A stretch of DNA of 64,000 bases, from the NCBI RefSeq assembly GCF_009914755.1, contig NC_060944.1; one strand, given 5' to 3'. The notes below the pieces were generated by a model. That model did not search any database and had not been told where the DNA came from. It was given only the letters and a program-made list of their open reading frames with translations. Below, piece after piece: positions 50,992-64,000 of this stretch. This DNA comes from the human T2T-CHM13v2.0 reference genome, Homo sapiens. The translations under genes and the position numbers were made by a program. Position 1 is the first letter of the stretch; every line of letters begins with the position of its first letter.

Positions 50992-52429
50992 TTCAAGGCC
51001 TGGTGTGGGGAAGTGGATTTCCTTCTTCCCCTTGCTTTCTAGAATTTCATCCTTCTCATCCAGCCATATGTGGCTGAGTTGGGTACATTTGTGTGAGCTC
51101 TCTAGCTGGATTCTGAGTGCTGTTGGGGAGGAATTATGTTGAGTCATCTTGAGTCACTACAGTATCCCATGGGCTCTGCAGCACTGTAGAAACAACCAGC
51201 ACTGAAGGACTGGAGATTATGTTGAGTAAATGGAGGTCATTGAGGTGTCAGGAGCCAGTAGAAATAGCAGGTGCTGGATATCGTAATGGATTGACATCTG
51301 GGCAGGATGAGGGTACAACACTGGAAGTAGAGTGCAGCCTACCCCAGACAGCACAAAGCCACCAGAGTTAGGTTGTTCCAAAGGCTAAGGCTTGACAGGC
51401 AGGAGGCCATTGAGGGACCCATGGAAGTCCTGCTTGCCTGACCATCGTGGTGTGTGCTCTCTGTGCTAGGACATAGTGCCTCTGCCTCTCCCTGTTCATG
51501 GTAATTGTCTGAGGAGGGACTTTGCTCAGTATAATGCACCTGAGCGTGGGGCAGGTATTCCTGGCCAGATGCTGATCTACCACCTGGCTTTGGGATTCTT
51601 GGTTAACTGTACTTGCATGACTTGGTTTATGTTGAGTAATATGTGTCAGCTCACCTGAGTTTGAATACAGGCTCTACCGCTTGCTTGCTCCAGGACCTTG
51701 GGCAGAGAACTTGCGAAACTTCAATTTTCCCATCTGTGAAATAGAGATAATAGTACTACCTACCTCATAACTTTGTTACACTAAATGACCCAAGGGGAAA
51801 TGCTTTGTAAAATGTCTGGCCTATAATAAACTCTGAATACACAGTCTCTTTATCTCAGTGAAAGCATTTACCCAGGCAGTCAGAGATCTGAGTTCTGAAC
51901 TCAGCCAACCACTGATGAGCTACAAAACCAATAGACAAGACATTGCCATTTTGGTATAATTAAGAAGCCTGAGTGACTGATTTTCTTTTCTTTTTTCTTT
52001 TTTTTTTTTTTTTGAGTGATTTTCGTTTCCTTTCCTTTCCTTTCCTATCCTTTCTTTTTTTTTTTTTTTTTTGAGTAATTGATTTTCTACTTTCATGTCT
52101 CCCTCTTGGGTCTCATGCATTATACTGACCTGGGATTTTATTCTCTCTGTTAATACTGAAGGATCCTTTTCAATGGGATTTGGAAATTTCTTGGTGAATT
52201 GGAGATTTTTGTTTACCAGTTTTTAAAAATAAGGCCTGCTGTATACTCACTAGACTAGTAGGGTTGGACAATTATAAAATGCTTTAAGGGAAACAAGAGT
52301 CTTTTAAATCCCTATGCTTTAACTTGTTGCCAAAAGGTTTTTTAAGTCCTTATGTTTTAATTTGTTTAAAGTGGTCCTTTGTAAAATTGATCAATTTAGC
52401 AGCAGAATGTGCCACACAGACCACTCACC

Positions 52430-52503
52430 CACTGTTTGATCATTTCTGTACCCTCTCAGTGAGGGCACAGTCTGATCATTTCTGTACCCTCTCAGTGAGG
52501 GCA
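52430..52503. repeat. 36-bp-period tandem duplication
   Basis: tgatcatttctgtaccctctcagtgagggca present twice, 36 nt apart. Confidence 0.93.
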
Positions 52504-53192
52504 GGATTTGTGCAGCCAGGAAGGAATGTACCCCCATCCACATGTCAAGTGGACACAGCCTCCTAGACAACATGGCGATTACCCAAATGTATCTCCCATG
52601 CCTCATTGCTGATACGTTTAGCAGTTACCAGACCGAAGGAACTAGACCATCCATCTTGCTGTGATCCAGATGGAAAATTGAAAGCCTGGCCACCAGCCCT
52701 GACTGTGCCACTAACCAGCAAGAGCCTCGGTATTATCATATGTGGATGGGGCTCAGTAGACATGTTCAGTGTTTATCACGTAGCTGGCTATCAATGAGAG
52801 TGAACATAGTAGTGTATGCTGAAGATTCTGTAGTGTGGCTGCCTTATTCTGCTGCAGCTCTCCAGAAGGCACCCCTGTTCCAGGCATCACCCCTTACCTT
52901 TCTCCCATCAAAGCCTTGCCCCAGTTTGTCAGGGTTTTACTGGATACTTGACTAATCTGATAACCAAAAATTTGAAAGAATAGAACCAACTTAATAGTAT
53001 TGTGGTTTCACCTCAGGCTTCTGAGAATGCTCTTATCAGGGTGGAATTTCAGACAGTGTGGGGAGTTCAGTTGGGGAGACGTTTCACTGGGAGACGTTTC
53101 ACAGTGGGACTCTGATACCAGGCAGCCTGTGTTTTAGTTTACAGGCAGTGTGAACTTGACATTCTGCTTAAGTGAAAAACAGAATATTATAG

Positions 53193-53625
<433 letters not shown>

Positions 53626-53682
53626 TAAGGTTGGGCAGAAGTAGTAGTTCTGGTCTGAGAGTCCGTAGACTGATCTTAGTAG

Positions 53683-53996
<314 letters not shown>

Positions 53997-54325
53997 TAGT
54001 AGAGACTGGGCTTCTCCGTGTTGGTCAGGCTGGTCTCAAACTCCCGACCTCAGATGATCTGCCTGCCTTGGCCTCCCAAAGTGCTGGGATTACAGAGATG
54101 AGCCACCGTGCCTGGCTGATCTCCTCATTTCTAAAGTGATGATGTAGAGCTAGGTATGCATGAGACCAGGCCCTTTCATGTGGGGAGAAAAGCTCATAAA
54201 CAACGTGAGAAAGCTAAGTTCTGTGTTAGGAACATGTAAAGTGCTGTGGGAACACAGATTCAGATTTTGCCTGTAGGGTAGGAGCTGGACTGTTGAGAGG
54301 AGAAGGTGACATTTGAGTTAGGCCT

Positions 54326-54684
54326 TGCTGTGAATTGAATTGTGTCCTGCCTTCCTCCCTAAAATTCATCTGTTGAAGTCCTAACCCTCAGTGTGATGGT
54401 ATTTGGCAATAATTAAGTTTAAATGATGTCATGAGGTTGGGGCCTTCATGATGGGATTAGTGGCATTATAGGAAGAGATCAGAGCTCCCCCTATCCCCCC
54501 ATGTGAGGATGTAGCAAGAAGATGGCCATCTGCAAACTGGGAAGAGGGGCCTCACTGGGAACCAAATAGTCTGGCACCTTGATCTTGTAGTTTCCAACCT
54601 CCAGAACTGTGAGAAAGAAATATCTGTTGTTTAAGCCACATATAACATAATGTTTTGTTATAACAGCCTGAGCAGACTAACCCA
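54326..54684 (+). mobile_element. MLT1A-type solo LTR inserted in an L2
   Basis: TG...CA ends; aaaattcatctgttgaagtcctaacc and ccagaactgtgagaaa motifs; 5-bp TSD ggcct/cgcct. Confidence 0.88.
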
Positions 54685-55399
54685 CGCCTTAAGGAGTGAG
54701 GCTAGATAGGAATTGGACCAGAAGCCGGGAAGAGGAAAAGCATCCCTGTGCCAGGAATAGGCATAGCAAGGGTTCAGAGGCATCAAGGGGAATAAACCAA
54801 TCATCTGTCCCTAAGGTGCCCCTTCTGATGCCAGCCTTCTGTAATCCTGTCACTCATATGGTTCTTCTGCTCTCAGCCAAGCCTTTAGTTGCAAAATGAA
54901 TTTAGAAGGTCAGTTTAGATTTGCTTTTCCAAATGAGGTTTCTCAGTATACCAGAGTCACTTAATAAATTCTCTTCCAGTAGCCAGCTCAGGCTCCCTTG
55001 GGTTTCTTTCTACTTAGGTGAGTTCAGTCCTGAATACAGGTTAGGCTCAGAAAGAATTTTCTAGTGTCAAAGAGGGCCTCTCCTGTGCTTATTATTACTT
55101 ATTGCTACATCTGTTTGAGTCGTGCTCTCACCCTGGGTAAACCTCAGTTTTAGGCCAAAGTGAGCCTTGGGGCACTGGAGTGGGCACCTCTTCATTGCCA
55201 TCCACACCTTTTCTCATGGGACTACACTGGCCTTATCGCAGGAACATGTCCTCCTCCCCTTAAAACAAAAAGAGCAGTGTGAGCTTAATTAGAATATGGA
55301 TTATAGTGCCATAACAGAGAGAACAACATAGCTGGCTAAAATCAGAGAAGTTTATTTCCCTCTCAGGATGAACTGCAAGTTACCCATGGTGGCTGTGCT

Positions 55400-55587
55400 C
55401 AGGCTCTGAAGGTCCCCGGGCCTTGCTTTCTCCCCATTGTTCCACCAGGCTCTAAAGGTCCCTGGGCCTTGCTTTCTCCCCGTTTTTCCACCAGGATCTG
55501 AAGGTCCCTGGGCCTTGCTTTCTCCCCGTTGTTCCACCAGGCTCTGAAGGTTCCTGGGCCTTGCTTTCTCCCCGTTGTTGCCCCAGG
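55400..55587. repeat. 46-bp minisatellite, 4 copies, inside an old MLT1 LTR (about 55300-55830)
   Basis: Unit caggctctgaaggtccctgggccttgctttctccccgttgttccac starts at 55400, 55446, 55492 and 55538. Confidence 0.95.
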
Positions 55588-56668
55588 TGCTGCTCTTCTT
55601 TGGTGTCCAAAATGGCTCCCTGCCTTGCTTATCTTTCAGCTGCTGGGAAGGGAAGTGAAGGGAAAGTATGCTCCTTTCTTTTAAGGCACAACCCAGAAGT
55701 GCCACACATCACTTCTTGTATCCGATAGGCAGAACATCTGCCACCCCTCTCTCAAGGGAACATGGAACATGAACTCTTCCTATGGAAGAAGTGGAGAAAT
55801 AGTGTTGGGAAGGGCACTGCAGCCTTTACCACATGAGCTAAGAAGAATGCAGGGCTTGAGGAGGGAGGGGTTATTGGAGGGCCATCCTGGGTTGGTATCT
55901 GGGTGGGACTCATGGTAGGGGACTGATAGGAGATGAGATTGGGAAGGTAGACATGGTGAAATGACAGTGGCAGACCCTGACTACCACTTCTCTGATAGGC
56001 AGAGAGAACCCCTCCAAGCCCATATCTGCTTCTGTCTGCCCTTGAGCTACCACCCCCTTGTGCAGATCAGAACATGCTCTGGTCAGTGCTTGTCCCAGCC
56101 TCGTGGCTGAGCTCTGTGGTGTACAAGCAGTTACCCCATAGGTGGTGGTGATGCTATTCTTTTCCCTCCTGGAAGCGGCGGTCTGATGACAGTTGTCCCT
56201 CTGCTCTCATAAATCAGTGACTGGATGGAATACTCAAGAGTCAGCTGTATGGAGGAGCAAGAGGGCCTCTGGTATTTCTCCTGATGGACACCTGCAGCTT
56301 GGGGAGAGGACAAGTGGCCATCCTGGAGGAAAGCCTCACCCTGCTTAGGTGACAAGCTGCTCTCTGATCCAGAGCCTGGCAGGAAGTCACTCTTTGTCCA
56401 ACCTAGTCAGGGCAGCCGGGAGGAAGCTCCACAGCCAGTACATGCTCTGTGGGTCATGGAACAATTGGTAAAGCTGTCCAGAGAGAGAGTTGACAGCAGA
56501 CCAGCGACCAGCACTGCTTTCCAGGGAAAGAATATTGCAAGCAAGATAATAACAGCTGACATTTGAGTACTTCATGTGCTGGGCGCTGTTCCAAGTTCGT
56601 TACTTGTATTGTCTTATTTAGTTATCAGAACAAACCCTCTGAGGTGGGTGCTGTTATGCCTAATTTAT

Positions 56669-56968
56669 GCAGTTATTCCACTGTGGTCTCAGAGTGTGGT
56701 TGATATGATTTCAATGATTTGAATTCACTGATACTTGGTTTATGGCCAAGCATGTGGTCAATTTTAGATTATTTGCCATTTGCAGATGGGTGGAATGTAT
56801 AGTTTGTCATTGCTGGATTTAAGTCCAGTATTTCTTTGTTTTTTGCCTCGATGATCTTTCTAATGCTGTGTCAGAGGGGTGTTGAAGTCCCCCACTAAAA
56901 TTATGTGACTAAGTCTTTCTTTAGGTCTGGAAGTACTTGTTTTAAGAATTTGGATGCTCTAATGTTGG
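56669..56968 (-). mobile_element. Internal L1 ORF2 endonuclease fragment inserted in a MIR (MIR about 56545-57090)
   Basis: ttattccactgtggtctcagag...tgttgaagtcccccact...tggatgctctaatgttgg; MIR resumes on both sides. Confidence 0.8.
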
Positions 56969-57804
56969 CATATTAGGCATCTATAATGCCTAATTTATAG
57001 ATTAGAAACTAAGGTGCAGATGAGATGGATTAATTTGAACCAATATTTACAGCTCTAGCAGGTGGTGGAGCCATGATTTGAATCTGTTGTGAAGCCCATA
57101 CTCTCACTTTGAGGCTCTGCTGTCTTTTATGATTCCAGGGAAGAGTGCCTGTCCCAGGCCCTGGAGTGGGAGATAGGAGTGCCTCCCTGCAGGAGACTTC
57201 CTGTGCACCTGGCAGTCTGGGGATTTCTGCCTGTTGTCACCTTGTCTACTCCTGTTCCTCAGGGACTCACCTGCCTTAGCTCAGTCCTTGCTGGGCAATT
57301 CTCTGTGTCTTTTCTAGGGCCTGCAAGTTCTGCCACTGGAGTTTACAAATGACCACTATCTTTAGCCAGATAACCAGGTATGCCCTAGCATTGGGCAGTT
57401 TTCCTCTACATCTTGCCCTCTCTGTCTCAAGGATTTAGGACCTAGATTATGTTGCTGCTTCAGGCAGTTCTGCTGCTGACAAGATAAATTCTGTTAGCAT
57501 TTCACTAAGCTGATGGGTATAATTACTTTAGTTGGAGGTCACTAAAACCTGAATTTACAAATAAAAACTGGATCAGGGAGCAGTCTGTGTGTGTGTTGTG
57601 GAGGAGTGTGGGTGAAGGTACAACAGATAATATCCCTCCTTTGCTGAGATCCTTCCAGTGGCTCCCTAAATCACTCATAGTAAAAGCCAACTTCCTCACA
57701 GGGCCCTTCATCATGTTCTGCTGCTAGCCTCCATCTGCTTCTTTCCCTTACTCAACCTAATTCTAATTTCAGTTCCATTGGAGCCATACAGATCTCCTTG
57801 CTAT

Positions 57805-58201
57805 TTCTTTATTTCAAATTCCAGTTATTCATTGCTGGCATATAGAAAAGCAATAGATTGTTGTATATTAACTTTGTGTCTTGTAACCTTGCTGTAAGTG
57901 CTGTTCTGGCAGTCTTTGTTTTGATCAATTCTTTGGGATATTCTACATAGACAGATCATCTGCAAACAAAGATAGTGTTATTTCTTCCATTTCAATCTGT
58001 AGAGCTTTTATTTCCTTTTCTGGCTTATTCCACTCGCTAAGATTTCCAGTAAAATGTTGAATAGGAGTAGAGAGAGAGGCACCTTGCTTTGTTCCTGATC
58101 TTAAGGGGAAAGCATCCAATTTCTTACCATTAAGTATGAAGTTGGCTGCAAAGAAGTTCTTTATCCAGTTGAGGAAATTCCCTCCTATTCATAGTTTGCT
58201 G
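57805..58201 (-). mobile_element. Internal L1 ORF2 RT-region fragment between L2 pieces
   Basis: cattgctggcatatagaaaagc...tcatctgcaaacaaagatag...aatgttgaataggagt...gttcctgatcttaaggggaaagc. Confidence 0.8.
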
Positions 58202-58214
58202 CCCCATCAGCTTT

Positions 58215-58294
58215 TTAGGTTGGTGCAAAAGTAATTGTGGTTTTTGCTGTGACTTTCAGTGGCAAAAACAGCAATTACTTTTGCACCAACTGAA
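58215..58294. mobile_element. MADE1 (Hsmar1-derived MITE), 80-bp palindrome
   Basis: ttaggttggtgcaaaagtaattgtggtttttgc...ggcaaaaacagcaattacttttgcaccaactgaa. Confidence 0.92.
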
Positions 58295-59079
58295 TAGAAT
58301 GTAGCTCTGTGAGGGACAGGGGGTGTTATCTGTCTTTGTTCATTGCAATATCCCTCCTCCCTAGAATGTGCCTGGAACATAGTATATGCATGGTATCTGT
58401 TGCCTAAATGAATTGAAACCATGGCTAATAATACGGTGGTAGTCAAACTGTGTAAAAATGAGTTTTGTTTTTATGTTTGGGGAAGACCCTGTTCTCAGGA
58501 TCAATGAAAAGTAAAAATGACTGATAGCTTTTTTGAAATTCAGAAGGCATCTGACCATGTTTTGCCAGTCTGCTGTCTTTGGGCCTTGGGTTTTTGGTTT
58601 TAAAAATGAGTGCTTTTACAAATTGGTCTAAGTTCTCTCCAGCTTTCATGTTTGTTGACTTTCTTTCTAGTTGCAGGGTATTTTAAAAGTTAAGGAGCTC
58701 AAATACCCTTAAGTCCTATGTTCTCTAGCCAGTAGATCAACTCTGCCTATAGATTCCAGGCTTGCCAGCCAGTAGGCACAGCCCACTCTTCCTTTCTGAT
58801 GGTTACCAAGTGCTAATTTGGGAGAGGGGCCTGGGTTGCAGAGGAGACATGGTGCTGGAGAGTCAGACCAATTTGCTTTTAAATACCTATGTGATGTCAG
58901 GTGGGTGATTTCACCTCTCTGAGCTTCAGTTTCCCGGCCTGTAAAATGGGAATGATATACACACAAGTTGTTGTAAGGATTAAATGAGATATTTGTGGTT
59001 TCCTTGCACACAAGTGCTTAGTTAAAATGGAATCTGATTGTCTACCCTGCCTCACACCTGCTTTGTGGATATCTTGATT

Positions 59080-62075
<2,996 letters not shown>

Positions 62076-62242
62076 TGAAAGGCTAAGTGATGGAGGCGTG
62101 GCTCTGCCTCCAGACTGGAGCAATCTGCTCCAGACTTCCCAGGCAGAGCCAGACCCATCGGACATGCTTGCTTAGGAGAAGAATAAGCACCCCAGCATTG
62201 AAAACAAAATGTTAAAATGCCAACATTTGTGTTTAATTCTAG

Positions 62243-62341
62243 CTACAAAAGACAAGGAAAAGAATAAAGAGAAGAAATTCAAGGAGTTTGTGAGAGTGAA
62301 GCCAAAGAAGAAAAAGAAAAAGAAAAAGAAAACCAAACCTG
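62243..62341 (+). CDS. PHF20: PHF20 coding exon (exon 11), basic poly-Lys (NLS-like) tract
   Basis: aattctag|CT ACA AAA...AAA CCT G|gtaatt; 99 nt; [33 protein letters not shown]. Confidence 0.96.
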
Positions 62342-63026
62342 GTAATTTTTTTTCCTGAGGGTTTCACTTAGGTTTCCTTACTATGAATGGGGAGGGGTTG
62401 CTTTCTCCCATTATGGCCTCTGGGCCTGCGCTGAGCAGAGGAAGGACCAATAGTCTCTTACCAGGGCTTGTGGGCTCAACCTAGTATGGGCCCTGGAAGG
62501 GGAGGCATCCACTCACCCAGGTGTTACAAAGTCCTGCTGGCATTGAAAAGCCTTCTCACTTGCTGCCTTGGCCAGTGTGCCCTGCTGCAGGATGGTACAG
62601 ATGAAGGCATCGAAGTGTAAGCAGATGTGCAGGTGAATGATGGTATTTGTTCACACACACGACTCTTAAAACACATCTTTGAGCCCTCTTGAGAAAGGAT
62701 TCCCTTCTTAAAAACTGTGTCTAGCCCTCACAAAAATGTTTAGAAAAATCTATATATTCTGACTTGGGACTTAAAGGATGCCACGTTTTATTCTTGGTGT
62801 ATCTTCTAGCTTAGAAAAACAATCTTATCAGAAAAAGAGGAGAGGGTCAATACTTAAGAGGAGGTGTTTGGGCCCCTTCATCTGCTCTCCACACCTCTTT
62901 TTGGTTGAATTGTCCCTGAGCCTTTGTGCTGCTTGAAAAGGAGGCTTGTTGGTTGGATGAGATTGATTCTAGAATGCACCAGTGTTAACTAGGGTTATTC
63001 ATTCCTTCCTGATCCTGTTCTTCCAG

Positions 63027-63191
63027 AATGCCCCTGCAGTGAGGAGATCAGTGACACCTCCCAGGAACCTTCTCCACCCAAGGCATTTGCTGTTACCAGG
63101 TGTGGGTCCTCACACAAGCCAGGGGTCCATATGAGCCCGCAGCTTCATGGCCCAGAATCTGGACACCACAAAGGGAAAGTGAAAGCATTGG
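63027..63191 (+). CDS. PHF20: PHF20 coding exon (exon 12)
   Basis: ttcttccag|AA TGC CCC...GCA TTG G|gtaagg; 165 nt; ECPCSEEISDTSQEPSPPKAFAVTRCGSSHKPGVHMSPQLHGPESGHHKGKVKAL. Confidence 0.96.
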
Positions 63192-63242
63192 GTAAGGAGG
63201 CTCTTCTGTCCTGATCATTTGCTGATCATTTATTGGAAAATA

Positions 63243-63435
63243 CAAGCATACCTGGGAGATATTATGGGTTTGGTTCTAGGCCACTACAATAAAACAAATA
63301 AAGCTAGTCAGACATAATTTTTATTTTCCCAGTGTTTACAAAACTTATGTTTATACTATATTGTAGTCTCTTAAGTGTTCAGTAGCATATGTCTAAAACA
63401 ATGCATATACCTTAATTGGAAAATATTGTTGTGTT
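63243..63435 (-). mobile_element. Tigger1 terminal fragment
   Basis: TA followed by caagcatacctgggagatattatgggtttggttctaggccac, a decayed Tigger1 TIR and subterminal region. Confidence 0.75.
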
Positions 63436-63449
63436 GAGAAATGTCAAGT

Positions 63450-63999
<550 letters not shown>

Positions 64000-64000
64000 A

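Noticed and set aside
55400-55587. CRISPR-like array
   Set aside because: Units are head-to-tail with no unique spacers, there are no cas genes, and the DNA is human; it is a minisatellite

Overview
Human (primate) genomic DNA, very Alu-dense, lying wholly inside the PHF20 gene (PHD finger protein 20, NSL/MOF complex subunit) on the + strand. Eight internal coding exons splice in frame at GT-AG sites: 7278-7357, 11989-12376, 18414-18527, 19931-20110, 20626-20805, 48346-48624, 62243-62341 and 63027-63191 (exons 5-12 by RefSeq numbering as I recall it). They encode the end of Tudor domain 2, an AT-hook, the RRRKIS Akt site, a C2H2 zinc finger and a poly-Lys tract. The introns hold a full-length HIGD1A processed pseudogene, U4 snRNA and Y1 RNA retrocopies, dozens of Alus (several nested), L1/L2/MIR/CR1 fragments, MLT1 LTRs, MER/Tigger/MADE1 DNA elements and several tandem duplications. 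Best leads: (1) the HIGD1A retrocopy is in frame with exon 9 at two cryptic acceptors and carries its own poly(A) signals, so it could act as a chimeric alternative last exon; (2) a tail-less, TSD-less 358-bp copy of its 3' UTR is patched into an L2 about 2.3 kb downstream; (3) an L1 fragment captured in a MIR has fold-back templated junctions; (4) exon 10 could form a stop-free zinc-finger circRNA; (5) a cryptic acceptor sits next to a (UG)16 tract. All functional claims are inferences from sequence alone. Repeat subfamily names and boundaries are by eye.
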